Positions 9,918 through 19,730 of a stretch of 64,000 nt of DNA are shown here, in pieces (the stretch's first letter is position 1; every line of letters starts with the position of its first letter). This DNA is from Candidatus Omnitrophota bacterium. Lineage in GTDB: Bacteria > Omnitrophota > Omnitrophia > Omnitrophales > JACROU01. The position numbers and the translations under genes are program-made. Under the pieces are notes generated by a model that was not told where the DNA came from, did not search any database, and saw nothing but the letters and a program-made list of their open reading frames with translations. The stretch covers positions 9,589 to 73,588 of the forward strand of contig JACROU010000049.1 in NCBI GenBank assembly GCA_016214265.1. The letters run 5' to 3'.

Positions 9918-9945
9918 TGACAAGGCGAGAAATCGTCCTATAATC
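9918..9945 (+). promoter_or_regulatory. sigma70-type promoter (TTGACA-16 nt-TATAAT)
   Basis: Consensus -35 TTGACA at 9918-9923 and consensus -10 TATAAT at 9940-9945 with a 16-nt spacer, in the 115-nt gap upstream of nusA. Confidence 0.55.
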
Positions 9946-9979
9946 ACTTCTTGTCACTCAATTTTGAAAGGACCAAAGA

Positions 9980-10011
9980 GTGGGCCGTTAATCGGCCCAC
10001 TTTTTATTTTT
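9980..10011 (+). terminator. intrinsic (rho-independent) terminator / candidate attenuator in the nusA leader
   Basis: Perfect 8-bp GC-rich stem GTGGGCCG (9980-9987) / CGGCCCAC (9993-10000) with a 5-nt loop TTAAT, then TTTTTATTTTT (10001-10011). It lies about 35 nt downstream of the promoter -10 and 16 nt upstream of the nusA start. Confidence 0.6.
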
Positions 10012-10026
10012 GGGTAAATCAACAAT

Positions 10027-11379
10027 ATGAACACTGAACTCTTACAAAGCCTGCATTATATCGAAAAAGAAAAGAACGTTAGCCGAGAAATTCTTCTAGA
10101 AGCACTTCGTTTAGCGTTGCTTTCTGCCTGCAAAAAGACTTTTCCAGATAAAGAAAATTTGGATGTACAGATTGATATTGAGACGGGGGATATCCGGCTT
10201 TTGGATAACGGTGAATTGATTACTAACGCGGAATTTGGCCGAATTGCTGCTCAGACCGCAAAACAAGTTATTATTCAAAAAATCCGCGAAGCCGAACGCG
10301 AAGCTATCTATAACGATTATTCCTCAAAGATTCACGACATTGTTAACGGAACGGTACATCGGATCGATCAGCGCGTTATTATCGTCGATTTGGGAAAAAC
10401 GGAAGGCATTCTTCCGATGCGTGAGCAGTCCCACAAAGAACATTTTCGTCAAGGCGATCCAATTAAAGTTTATGTGCTGGAAGTTAATAAATCCTCCCGG
10501 GGCCCCGAAATTCTTTTATCCCGCTCACATCCGAATCTTGTTAAAAAACTTTTTGAAATTGAAGTGCCTGAAATCAGTGAAAATATTGTTCAGATCAAAG
10601 GCGCTGCCCGTGAGGCGGGTGCCCGCACGAAAATCGCAGTCACGAGTTCGGATGACAAAATTGATTGCGTTGGTTCTTGCGTGGGAATGCGCGGTCAGCG
10701 GGTGAAAAATATTGTCCGAGAACTTCAGGGTGAAAAAATTGATATCGTCCGTTTTTCAGAGGACGCTGAAACTTATGTCCGTAATGCTTTGAGTCCGGCT
10801 CAGCTTGCGGAAGTGCACTTGAACAAGGAACACAGAACTGCAAATATTTTTGTTCAAGATGATCAGTTGTCACTGGCTATCGGAAAGAAGGGGCAGAATG
10901 TCCGTTTGGCTTCCAAACTGACTGGATGGAAGCTTGAGGTTCGGAGTCTGAGTCAGAAAATTCCTTTGTCTGACCTTGAAGGTGTGGGAGCGAAGACCGA
11001 GGAAATTTTGAGAGCAGCTGGTATCACGACTCTAAAGGATATTCTTAAGTCCACGGCTGAAGATCTTGCGAAGATTAAGGGAATTGGTCCTAAAACTGCT
11101 GAGAAAATTATTGATTCTGCACATAAAATTCTGTTGAAAGAGGGTAAGACTCTTCCGCTCATTCCGGAATTGGAAATTCAAACTCCGATTGAAGAATTTC
11201 AGTCCATGGAATCTGAAGAACCAGGGCAGGCGCAGGAAGAACCACAAGCTGTAGAAACTCCTGCTGAGGAATTAAAACCTAAAAAGCCGCGCCGCAAAGC
11301 AAAAAAAGCTGCAGCTGAAGAAACAGTGAAGGAAGTTGACCAGACGGAAGATTTTGGAAAAGAAGAGAGCAAAGAATAA
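10027..11379 (+). CDS. nusA: transcription termination/antitermination factor NusA
   Basis: 450 aa. N-terminal NusA domain (LLQSLHYIEKEKNVSREILLEALRLAL), S1 and two KH regions (GMRGQRVKNIVRELQGEKIDIV), HhH repeats (GVGAKTEEIL..., GIGPKTAEKII), and an acidic/lysine-rich C-terminal tail. Confidence 0.9.
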   Translation: MNTELLQSLHYIEKEKNVSREILLEALRLALLSACKKTFPDKENLDVQIDIETGDIRLLDNGELITNAEFGRIAAQTAKQVIIQKIREAEREAIYNDYSSKIHDIVNGTVHRIDQRVIIVDLGKTEGILPMREQSHKEHFRQGDPIKVYVLEVNKSSRGPEILLSRSHPNLVKKLFEIEVPEISENIVQIKGAAREAGARTKIAVTSSDDKIDCVGSCVGMRGQRVKNIVRELQGEKIDIVRFSEDAETYVRNALSPAQLAEVHLNKEHRTANIFVQDDQLSLAIGKKGQNVRLASKLTGWKLEVRSLSQKIPLSDLEGVGAKTEEILRAAGITTLKDILKSTAEDLAKIKGIGPKTAEKIIDSAHKILLKEGKTLPLIPELEIQTPIEEFQSMESEEPGQAQEEPQAVETPAEELKPKKPRRKAKKAAAEETVKEVDQTEDFGKEESKE

Positions 11380-11381
11380 TT

Positions 11382-13661
11382 ATGAGATTGCATGAACTGG
11401 CAAAAAAATTAAAAATGCCTAGCAAGGATTTGCTGACATTAGCGACGAGGCTAAAAATTGATATCAAAAGTCATATGTCGATTTTAACCGCGTCTGAAGT
11501 GGCTTTGCTGGAGAAAGAACTTAAGCCGAAAGCGCCACCGGCTCCAGTTTCGCCGCAAGCTGAGAAAGAAGTAAAATTAGCTCCTGCTGCTAAGCCAATT
11601 TTGGGAGCCACGCAGATTAATAAAGGATCTTCAAAGACTTCGTTTCCGACGAAGCCCGTTTCAACGCCCGTGAAATCAGATGTGAAACCCGTAGCAAAAG
11701 TTCCGGCTCCGGCTGCTACGACTCCGTCTTCCTCTGTTCCAGCTGCGCCGGTGTCAGTTCCTGTCACAGTAGATCCGGTTCGACCTGCCGCAAAATCAAT
11801 TCCGTTAAAAACTCAGATGCCGCCGCTTAAGAAGCCGGTTGTTGCCCCTGTTTCTGCTGGAGCGCAAGCGTCTGCGCCAGCCGCCCCTGCAGTGTCCAAA
11901 GAATTGATAGTAAAAATGCCGATAACGGTTGGTGCTTTGTCCACACATTTAAATTTGAGAACATCAGATTTAATCAAAGCTTTGATGGGACTTGGAATTT
12001 TTGCCAACGTCAATCAATTACTGAACGATAAAATTTGCGCTCGTTTGGGAGAAAAATTAGGTTATGTGATCAAGCCTGCGCCATCAGAAGAGGAGTCGAT
12101 ATTTAAAGAGCTTAAGGGTGAGGATAAAGAAAAAGATTTGATCATCCGACCCCCCGTAGTGACTTTGATGGGGCATGTTGATCATGGAAAAACTTCACTA
12201 TTGGACGCGCTTCGCAAAAGTAATTTGGTTACGAAGGAGGCGGGACGAATCACGCAGCACATCGGGGCTTATGAAATTGAAATACCAGGTAAAGGGTTTG
12301 TCACATTTCTGGATACTCCGGGCCATGCAGCGTTTACATCGATGCGGGCACGTGGTGCCAACGTTACAGACGCAGTGGTTCTCGTTGTTGCTGCTGATGA
12401 CGGTGTGATGCCGCAAACTATTGAAGCTATCGATCATGCCCGCGAAGCAAAAGTTCCGATTATTGTAGCGATGAATAAAATCGATTTGCCAAATGCCCAG
12501 CCGGACCGCGTTAAGGCGCAGCTTCAAAAGCACGACCTTGTTTCTGAAGAATGGGGCGGAAAAACAATCGTGGTTCCAGTTTCGGCTAAAACAGGAAAAG
12601 GAATTCCCGAATTGCTAGATTACTTGCTTTTGGAGGCAGAAATTTTGGAATTGAAAGCAAATCCTAATCGATCAGCGCAAGGGACTGTGATTGAAAGTAA
12701 ACTCACCAAAAGTCACGGTGCAGTAACATCGGTTTTGGTTCAGAATGGAACGCTTCGTCCTGGCGATATGATGATTTGCGGACAGTTTTACGGCAAGATT
12801 CGCGCAATGCATAATGATCGTGGAAAATTGGTAAAAGAGGCGGGGCCGTCCCGTGCTGTTGAGATTCAGGGATTAAATGGATGTCCGGAATCGGGAGAGA
12901 TTTTTTATGTTACTCCAGATGAAAAGTCGGCTCGACGCATTGCCGAAAAACGTTTGTTGGACATTCGGGAAAAAGAGCTCTCGGGTAAATTCTCGAAGCA
13001 TTTAAGCTTGGATGATTTATTTTCCAGAATTGAAGAGGGGAACATTAAAGAACTCCGCATTATCATTAAGGCGGATGTGCAAGGCTCTATCGAAGTTCTT
13101 CAGCAATCGCTTGAAAAAATCAGCAGTGAGAAAATCAAACTTAGAACCATTCATGGCGGTGTCGGCGGAATTAATGAATCTGATGTTATGTTAGCCGCTG
13201 CATCGGATGCTATTATTATCGGTTTTCACGTGAAAATTGATCCTCAGGCTGAGGCATTGCGTGAAAAGGAAGGTGTTGATGTTCGTCTTTACAGCATCAT
13301 TTACGAGGCTGTTGATGACGTGACTAAAGCTATGGAAGGTTTGCTTGAGCCGACTCTTAAAGAAGTTGTTCAAGGAACCGCGCAGGTTCGCCAAATTTTT
13401 AAATCTTCAAAAGTGGGCACGATTGCCGGAAGCATTATGTTGAAGGGACGAATTACCCGCAGTAACAGGGCTCGCGTAATTCGCGACCGTATTGTTATTT
13501 TTGATGGCAAAATCGCTTCGTTAAAGCGATTCAAAGATGATATCAAGGAAGTAACCGAAGGTCATGACTTTGGGATTTCATTTGAAGGGTTCAATGATGT
13601 CAAAGAAGGTGACATTCTTGAAGCCTACAAAGTCGAAAAAATTGCGACTAGGCTGGTTTAA
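11382..13661 (+). CDS. infB: translation initiation factor IF-2
   Basis: 759 aa. N-terminal IF2_N ([18 protein letters not shown]) and a Pro/Ala-rich linker. GTPase motifs [12 protein letters not shown] (G1), DTPGH (G3) and NKID (G4). C-terminal beta-barrels. 2-nt gap after nusA. Confidence 0.92.
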   Translation: MRLHELAKKLKMPSKDLLTLATRLKIDIKSHMSILTASEVALLEKELKPKAPPAPVSPQAEKEVKLAPAAKPILGATQINKGSSKTSFPTKPVSTPVKSDVKPVAKVPAPAATTPSSSVPAAPVSVPVTVDPVRPAAKSIPLKTQMPPLKKPVVAPVSAGAQASAPAAPAVSKELIVKMPITVGALSTHLNLRTSDLIKALMGLGIFANVNQLLNDKICARLGEKLGYVIKPAPSEEESIFKELKGEDKEKDLIIRPPVVTLMGHVDHGKTSLLDALRKSNLVTKEAGRITQHIGAYEIEIPGKGFVTFLDTPGHAAFTSMRARGANVTDAVVLVVAADDGVMPQTIEAIDHAREAKVPIIVAMNKIDLPNAQPDRVKAQLQKHDLVSEEWGGKTIVVPVSAKTGKGIPELLDYLLLEAEILELKANPNRSAQGTVIESKLTKSHGAVTSVLVQNGTLRPGDMMICGQFYGKIRAMHNDRGKLVKEAGPSRAVEIQGLNGCPESGEIFYVTPDEKSARRIAEKRLLDIREKELSGKFSKHLSLDDLFSRIEEGNIKELRIIIKADVQGSIEVLQQSLEKISSEKIKLRTIHGGVGGINESDVMLAAASDAIIIGFHVKIDPQAEALREKEGVDVRLYSIIYEAVDDVTKAMEGLLEPTLKEVVQGTAQVRQIFKSSKVGTIAGSIMLKGRITRSNRARVIRDRIVIFDGKIASLKRFKDDIKEVTEGHDFGISFEGFNDVKEGDILEAYKVEKIATRLV

Positions 13662-13666
13662 ATGTC

Positions 13667-14020
13667 ATGCAAGGAAAACGCACAGAACGATACGCAGAGC
13701 TAATTAAGCAGTCGCTCAGCCAAAACATTCTCACCAAAATTCGTGATCCACGCATGGGGTTTGTAACGCTCACACATGTTGAGATCGCGCCTGATTTAAA
13801 ATACGCAAAAATTTATTACACGGTAATGGGAGATGAAAAAGTTCAGAAATCGACCGCGGCCGCGCTTGAACATTCGCGTGGTTTTCTTCAACGTGAGTTG
13901 GCTTCCGAAATTAAAATGAGAATCACGCCTATTCTTCAGTTTCATTTTGATAATTCCGTCGGTGAAAATATGAAAATCGAAGCAATTCTGAAAAAAATCC
14001 ACGAAGAACGAAGCGAATAA
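13667..14020 (+). CDS. rbfA: ribosome-binding factor A
   Basis: 117 aa. KDPRMGFVTLTHVEIAPDLKYAKIYYTV matches the RbfA KH-like core. Canonical position after infB. Confidence 0.85.
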   Translation: MQGKRTERYAELIKQSLSQNILTKIRDPRMGFVTLTHVEIAPDLKYAKIYYTVMGDEKVQKSTAAALEHSRGFLQRELASEIKMRITPILQFHFDNSVGENMKIEAILKKIHEERSE

Positions 14021-14030
14021 CTTTTCTCTT

Positions 14031-15002
14031 ATGCCCTCAAATTCTCTCCAACAAGTTGTTCGAGCAATAGAAGATCGTGATAATTTTTTGCTCTCGGCAC
14101 ACATTTCTCCGGAAGGGGATTGTATTGCCAGCGCGTTAGCGCTTGATAGCCTGCTTGGAAAAATCCGAAAAAAATCATTTGTTTTGTGTGAGGATAAAAT
14201 TCCAGAACAGCTCTATTTTTTAGATAATGGACGCTGGAATACACTGAAAAGTAATCCGTCATTATTATATTCTTTCGATAACAGTATCGTAGTGGATTGT
14301 CCGGCGCTTGATCGAATCGGAAAAGTAAAAGATGTGATCGAGACGCGTAAAACATTTCTTATCAATATCGACCATCACATCTCTAATAAAAATTTTGGTG
14401 ATATTAATTTTGTGGATTCCGGGGCGGCCGCAACCGGTGAATTAATATATGATTTGTTCCAGGCTTTCAGAGTTCCGCTTGCCGATGATGATTTGCGTAA
14501 TATCTATGTCTCATTGTCAACAGATACGGGATCGTTTCGTTATTCCAATACGACGGCAAAGACTCACGAAATTGTCGCTGATTTATTGCGTCACGGATTG
14601 AAAACCGACAAGCTGAATGAGCAGCTGTACGATAGTGTCCCGCGGCGGAAAGTAGATTTGTTCCGCATTTTTCTTGCGCGATTGGAATTTGATGAGAACG
14701 GCAGTATAGCATCTGCAATTCTTCGTGATGAGGACTTAAAGGCAACAGGCTGCGCCAAAATTGATTTGGAGGGATTTGTGGAGTATTTGCGCTCCATCAT
14801 TGAAGTTCAGGTCTCATTTTTAATTTGTCAGCAAGGGGTGGATTCCCGTATTTCATTCCGTTCTAAGGGCAGTTTCGATGTCAATAAATTGGCAGGACTT
14901 TTTGGCGGAGGCGGCCACGCAAAAGCCGCAGGTTGTACGATTCACGCCCCAGTTGAAAAAGCAAAAAAACTCATTCTTGAACAAGTTCGAAAGTTGAAAT
15001 AG
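14031..15002 (+). CDS. nrnA: DHH/DHHA1 phosphoesterase (NrnA-like oligoribonuclease/pAp phosphatase)
   Basis: 323 aa. DHH motif NIDHHISN, DHHA1 motif GGGGHAKAAG, and the conserved position between rbfA and truB. Confidence 0.75.
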   Translation: MPSNSLQQVVRAIEDRDNFLLSAHISPEGDCIASALALDSLLGKIRKKSFVLCEDKIPEQLYFLDNGRWNTLKSNPSLLYSFDNSIVVDCPALDRIGKVKDVIETRKTFLINIDHHISNKNFGDINFVDSGAAATGELIYDLFQAFRVPLADDDLRNIYVSLSTDTGSFRYSNTTAKTHEIVADLLRHGLKTDKLNEQLYDSVPRRKVDLFRIFLARLEFDENGSIASAILRDEDLKATGCAKIDLEGFVEYLRSIIEVQVSFLICQQGVDSRISFRSKGSFDVNKLAGLFGGGGHAKAAGCTIHAPVEKAKKLILEQVRKLK

Positions 15003-15709
15003 TGGAAAACACCACCGGTATTTTTTTGATCGATAAGCCGCAGGGATGGACTTCCAATGATGTATGTCAATTTATCAAACGAAAATTTAAATTTAAAAAG
15101 GTAGGGCATGGCGGGACTTTAGATCCATTTGCGACGGGGGTTCTAGTGCTTTTTGTTGATGATGCTACCCAGCTTTCACATTTGAGTTTGAATGACAAAA
15201 AAGTTTACGAAGGTGTAATTCATCTTGGGCTTGCGACCTCAACCGGTGATCCGGAGGGGGAAGTGCTCGGCCGGATGGAAATACCTGATGATTGGAATCG
15301 TGACTGGCTACAGTCAGTTCTAAATATTTTTTTGGGCCACTCCCAACAAAAACCGCCGATGATGTCGGCTATCAAAAAGAATGGAATTCCTCTTTACCGC
15401 CTTGCTCGAAAAGGGATTGAGGTGGATCGCGAACCTCGAAATATTGAAATTTCTGAATTAACCGTTTTAGATTGGCAGAGACCTTTTCTTCATTTTCGAG
15501 CTCAGGTATCCAAGGGGACTTATATCCGTGTATTGGCCGAAGATATCGGACTGAAATTGAGTACCAAAGCTTCGCTTTCAGTTTTGAGGCGTATTGCTTC
15601 GGGGGACTATCATATTGAGCGCTCAATTTCTATCGATCAAATTAAACAAATGAACACGAAAGAAGAATTATTGATTCATGCAAGTCTTAACGCAGTTTCA
15701 CGCTTATAA
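15002..15709 (+). CDS. truB: tRNA pseudouridine(55) synthase
   Basis: GTG start. LIDKPQGWTSNDV...KVGHGGTLDPFATGVL (catalytic Asp motif) and the PPMMSAIK region typical of TruB. Confidence 0.85.
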   Translation: MENTTGIFLIDKPQGWTSNDVCQFIKRKFKFKKVGHGGTLDPFATGVLVLFVDDATQLSHLSLNDKKVYEGVIHLGLATSTGDPEGEVLGRMEIPDDWNRDWLQSVLNIFLGHSQQKPPMMSAIKKNGIPLYRLARKGIEVDREPRNIEISELTVLDWQRPFLHFRAQVSKGTYIRVLAEDIGLKLSTKASLSVLRRIASGDYHIERSISIDQIKQMNTKEELLIHASLNAVSRL

Positions 15710-16694
15710 GCCGAAAAAATACAAGTCTTTGGTGCTTACCCTCGGTACATTTGACGGGGTTCATGAAGGGCATCAGCATGTTCTGGCGAAAGTTTTAAAA
15801 CATGCCCGGGCGATTGGCGGAACTGCGGCAATCTTAACTTTTGCCGAACATCCCTTGCATGTACTGCGACACAAAGAACCTCCTTATTTGATTACTTCTA
15901 CTCAACATCGTTTGCGCCTTTTGGATCAACTTGGATTTGATTTGTGTTTTTTGATTCGATTTAATAAAAAGTTTAGTCTGCAGACGTCCGAACAATTTGT
16001 AAAAAATATTTTGATGAATCAGCTTCATGTCGGTGAAGTAGTGCTGGGATATGATTCGCGCTTTGGAAAAAATCGTGAGGGGTGCGCGCAAGACATGGCT
16101 CGCCTTGCCAAAAAAAATGGTTTTAAATTTTCAACTGAAAATCCTCGGCTTTATTACAGCAAGCCAATTTCCAGTACACAAATTCGTTCTTTGATTGTTC
16201 GGGGGGATCTTGGGAAGGTAAAAAAATGCCTGGGACGCACTTATTCAATTTTGGGAGATGTGGAAAAGGGAAGTGGGGTTGGAGGTAAATTGCTAGGTTT
16301 CCCAACTGCGAATTTAAATCCGCATAGCGAAGCACTTCCTCCGAAGGGGGTGTATCTTGTTCGTTTGGATGTTGTTGAGGTGGGGCTTGGCAAAACAAGA
16401 TTTGCCAACCAGTATGTTTTGAGGGATAAAATTTTAAAAACCGGATTATTTGGTTTGTTGAATATCGGCCACCGCCCAACTGTTCAAAAGGAATTGGGGC
16501 TTTCTTCGAAAGGAATAGTTCCCGAAATACATATTTTGAATTTCAAAGGTAACCTGTATGGAAAAACTTTGGAAGTTACCTTTATCAAAAAAATACGGGA
16601 TGAAATTCGATTTGAATCATTAGATAAACTAAAAAAACAGATCAAAAAAGATGTTCATTTCGCCGATAAATTAATCTCTATTTCAACAGGATAA
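15678..16694 (+). CDS. ribF: bifunctional riboflavin kinase / FMN adenylyltransferase
   Basis: 338 aa. LTLGTFDGVHEGHQHVL is the FAD-synthetase nucleotidyltransferase motif. The C-terminal riboflavin-kinase domain has GFPTANL and NIGHRPT. Overlaps truB by 32 nt. Confidence 0.85.
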   Translation: MQVLTQFHAYKPKKYKSLVLTLGTFDGVHEGHQHVLAKVLKHARAIGGTAAILTFAEHPLHVLRHKEPPYLITSTQHRLRLLDQLGFDLCFLIRFNKKFSLQTSEQFVKNILMNQLHVGEVVLGYDSRFGKNREGCAQDMARLAKKNGFKFSTENPRLYYSKPISSTQIRSLIVRGDLGKVKKCLGRTYSILGDVEKGSGVGGKLLGFPTANLNPHSEALPPKGVYLVRLDVVEVGLGKTRFANQYVLRDKILKTGLFGLLNIGHRPTVQKELGLSSKGIVPEIHILNFKGNLYGKTLEVTFIKKIRDEIRFESLDKLKKQIKKDVHFADKLISISTG

Positions 16695-16764
16695 CCGAAT
16701 TAGATCAGTATTCGTAACCCTTTGTATAGAATTAAGTTACAAAAAGCGTTAGAAAATCAGGCTT

Positions 16765-16792
16765 TTGACTTTACTTCCTGTGCTTGTATAAG
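16765..16792 (+). promoter_or_regulatory. sigma70-type promoter upstream of rpsO (TTGACT-16 nt-TATAAG)
   Basis: TTGACT at 16765-16770 and TATAAG at 16787-16792, in the 175-nt intergenic region before rpsO, leaving a leader of about 70 nt. Confidence 0.45.
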
Positions 16793-16869
16793 TATACTAC
16801 AAGTTTGCGTAACCGATTTTGTTGCAAGGACTTATCAGAAAAACAAAGAAAGAAAAAGGAGCTTGATCA

Positions 16870-17139
16870 ATGTCACTGACGAAACAAAAAAAACATGAAC
16901 TGGTGAAATCTTACCAGAGAGGAAAAGCTGATACGGGTTCTCCCGAAGTTCAAATTGCCCTTCTCACCGAGCGAATCAATACTTTGACTGAACATTCCAA
17001 AGCACATAAGAATGATCATCACACTCGCTACGGGCTTATTCAGATGGTTTCAGACAGAAAACGTTTGTTGAAATATTTGAAGAATATTGCGCCTGAGAGA
17101 TATGAAAAGATTCTCGAAAAATTAGATTTAAGAAAATAA
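16870..17139 (+). CDS. rpsO: 30S ribosomal protein S15
   Basis: 89 aa. [42 protein letters not shown]...HHTRYGL is near-consensus S15. Confidence 0.9.
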   Translation: MSLTKQKKHELVKSYQRGKADTGSPEVQIALLTERINTLTEHSKAHKNDHHTRYGLIQMVSDRKRLLKYLKNIAPERYEKILEKLDLRK

Positions 17140-17171
17140 ATGACAAGAAAAAAGAAAGAGAGAAAAAAGAA

Positions 17172-19283
17172 ATGAGTGAAATTACACGTGTGTCTGTTCC
17201 TTTTGGGCGGGAGAGTTTAATTCTCGAAACTGGGAAATTAGCAAAACAATCTGACGCAGCTGTACTCGTCCAATACGGAGGCACTGTGGTGTTGGTGACC
17301 GTTGTCGGCTCCAGAGAAATGGAAGAAGGTCAAGATTTTTTTCCTCTGACCTGTGATTATCGTGAAAAAACATATGCAGCTGGAAAAATTCCTGGTGGTT
17401 ATTTTAAACGCGAAGGCAAACCTACTGAAAAAGAAGTTCTCACGTCCCGTTTGATGGATCGTCCGATACGCCCTATGTTTCCGGATGAATACTTTAATGA
17501 AGTTCAAATTATGGCAACTGTTTTGTCTGTGGATGCTGAAACCAATCCGGATATTCTGGCCATGATCGGAGCTTCCGCCGCGCTTACAATTTCTCCGATT
17601 CCTTTCGCTGAACCCATTGCCGCGATTCGTGTGGGTTATATTGACGGGCAATATGTGGTTAATCCTACTTATGCCCAGCTTGAAAAGAGTAAATTGGATT
17701 TGATTCTTGCGGCATCAAAAGAAAATATCGCAATGATTGAATCGGGATCCAACGAAATTTCAGAAGACGAGATGATTAAGGCGATTGAATTTGGTCATAA
17801 ATCGCTTCAGCCCGTGATTGAACTCCAGAAAAAAATGATATCTCAGGTGGGAAAGAAAAAATGGGAAGCCTTAGGCAAAAAGATTGCGCCGGATATTACC
17901 AAGAAAATCGAAAAAATTTGCGAAGGCAAGTTTGACAAGATCAATCTTATTAATGAAAAGGAAGCCCGCCAGACAGCGATTGACGATCTCTACAAAGAGG
18001 TGCTTGCTCAATTTGATAAAACTGCTGAAGGTTTTTGCGAAATTGACATTAAATTTGTTTATCATGAAATTGAAAGTCGGGAAGTTCGAAATTTAATTTT
18101 GAAAAAGAAAAAAAGACCTGATGGGCGTTCTTTCAAGGATATTCGTCCAATTTCCTGTGAGATTGGCCTTCTTCCGCGTACTCATGGCAGTGCGCTTTTT
18201 ACCCGCGGTCAGACGCAAAGTTTGTGCGTCGCCACTTTGGGAACTAGCGCGGATGAACAGATGATTGACGCGCTTGAAGGCGAATACTACAAGCGTTTTA
18301 TGCTTCATTATAATTTTCCTCCGTTCAGTGTTGGTGAAATTGGGCCGAACCGGGGACCGGGGCGCAGAGAAGTGGGGCATGGTGCGTTGGCTGAACGCGC
18401 GCTTCGTCCGATGATGCCGACTCAGGATGAGTTTCCTTACACGGTTCGTATTGTTTCCGATATTTTGGAATCCAACGGTTCTAGTTCGATGGCGACCGTT
18501 TGTGGTGGAACCCTCTCTCTGATGGATGCGGGCGTTCCGCTCAAAGCTCCTGTTGCTGGCATTGCAATGGGGTTGGTAAAGCAGGATAACGATTTCGCCG
18601 TGTTGACGGATATTCAGGGCGTTGAAGATCATTTGGGCGATATGGATTTTAAAGTTGCGGGAACCCGAAAGGGAATCAACGCGCTTCAAATGGACATTAA
18701 AATCAAAGGCTTGACGCCCGAGATCATGAAGCAGGCGCTTGCTGAAGCGTATGAAGCCCGGATGAAAATTCTGGATATTATGGAAAAAACCATTTCAACA
18801 CCACGCAAAGAGCTTTCAGTTTTTGCGCCGCGCATCACGACACTCATTATTAATCCTGAAAAGATTAAGAATGTGATCGGGCCCGGTGGAAAAGTGATTA
18901 AGAAAATCATTGAAGAAACCGGTGTCAAAATTGATATTTCTGATGACGGAAAAGTACTGATTGCTTCGTCGGATTCCAAAGCCGCTGAAATGGCTATTGG
19001 GAAAATCAAAGCCCTTACTGAGGAAGTGGAAGTTGGAAAAATTTATTATGGAAAAGTACGCAAAATAATGAATTTTGGCGCCTTCTGTGAAATTATTCCC
19101 GGCACCGATGGTTTAGTGCACGTTTCTGAGATTGCGGAAGGATTCGTGAAAAATGCAGAAGATCATCTCAAGGTTGGCGACGTTGTCGCTGTGAAGGTGA
19201 TTGGAATCGATGCCTCCGGGAAAATTAATCTTAGCGCAAAACAAGCCAAGAAAGAATTGGGGATTACACAAGACGCGAAATGA
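17172..19283 (+). CDS. pnp: polynucleotide phosphorylase (polyribonucleotide nucleotidyltransferase)
   Basis: 703 aa. Two RNase PH domains, KH ([21 protein letters not shown]) and C-terminal S1 ([20 protein letters not shown]...). Canonical rpsO-pnp linkage. Confidence 0.92.
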   Translation: MSEITRVSVPFGRESLILETGKLAKQSDAAVLVQYGGTVVLVTVVGSREMEEGQDFFPLTCDYREKTYAAGKIPGGYFKREGKPTEKEVLTSRLMDRPIRPMFPDEYFNEVQIMATVLSVDAETNPDILAMIGASAALTISPIPFAEPIAAIRVGYIDGQYVVNPTYAQLEKSKLDLILAASKENIAMIESGSNEISEDEMIKAIEFGHKSLQPVIELQKKMISQVGKKKWEALGKKIAPDITKKIEKICEGKFDKINLINEKEARQTAIDDLYKEVLAQFDKTAEGFCEIDIKFVYHEIESREVRNLILKKKKRPDGRSFKDIRPISCEIGLLPRTHGSALFTRGQTQSLCVATLGTSADEQMIDALEGEYYKRFMLHYNFPPFSVGEIGPNRGPGRREVGHGALAERALRPMMPTQDEFPYTVRIVSDILESNGSSSMATVCGGTLSLMDAGVPLKAPVAGIAMGLVKQDNDFAVLTDIQGVEDHLGDMDFKVAGTRKGINALQMDIKIKGLTPEIMKQALAEAYEARMKILDIMEKTISTPRKELSVFAPRITTLIINPEKIKNVIGPGGKVIKKIIEETGVKIDISDDGKVLIASSDSKAAEMAIGKIKALTEEVEVGKIYYGKVRKIMNFGAFCEIIPGTDGLVHVSEIAEGFVKNAEDHLKVGDVVAVKVIGIDASGKINLSAKQAKKELGITQDAK

Positions 19284-19729
19284 AAAAAATCAATGTCCGG
19301 GTTAAACGGCTTTCTCATGGCGAAAACATAGAAGCTCCCGGTTACATGAGTTCGGGTGCAGCCGGCATGGACTTGCGCGCTGCAGTGAAAGAACCGATGA
19401 CGTTGGAGCCAGGTAGGTGGAAGATGATCCCAACCGGCCTAGCTATAAGTCTGCCACAGGGCTACGAAGCGCAGATTAGGCCTCGAAGCGGGCTGGCAGC
19501 AAAAAATGGAATTACCTGCCTCAATAGTCCCGGGACCATTGATTCAGATTATCGCGGTGAGATCAACATTATTCTGATTAACCTGAGCGATCAGCCGTTT
19601 TTGATTGAGCGGGGTATGCGCATCGCGCAGATGGTTTTTTCCGAAGTGACACAGGCCGAGCTTGAATTTGAAGAAGAGTTGGATATGACGATCCGCGGTG
19701 TCGGCGGATTTGGTCACACTGGGATTTGA
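19280..19729 (+). CDS. dut: dUTP diphosphatase
   Basis: 149 aa. [29 protein letters not shown] and RIAQMVF motifs of trimeric dUTPases. Confidence 0.88.
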   Translation: MKKINVRVKRLSHGENIEAPGYMSSGAAGMDLRAAVKEPMTLEPGRWKMIPTGLAISLPQGYEAQIRPRSGLAAKNGITCLNSPGTIDSDYRGEINIILINLSDQPFLIERGMRIAQMVFSEVTQAELEFEEELDMTIRGVGGFGHTGI

Positions 19730-19730
19730 C

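Noticed and set aside
10235-10705. 156-aa ORF in an alternative frame inside nusA
   Set aside because: Overlaps the conserved S1/KH region of NusA in another frame. Spurious.
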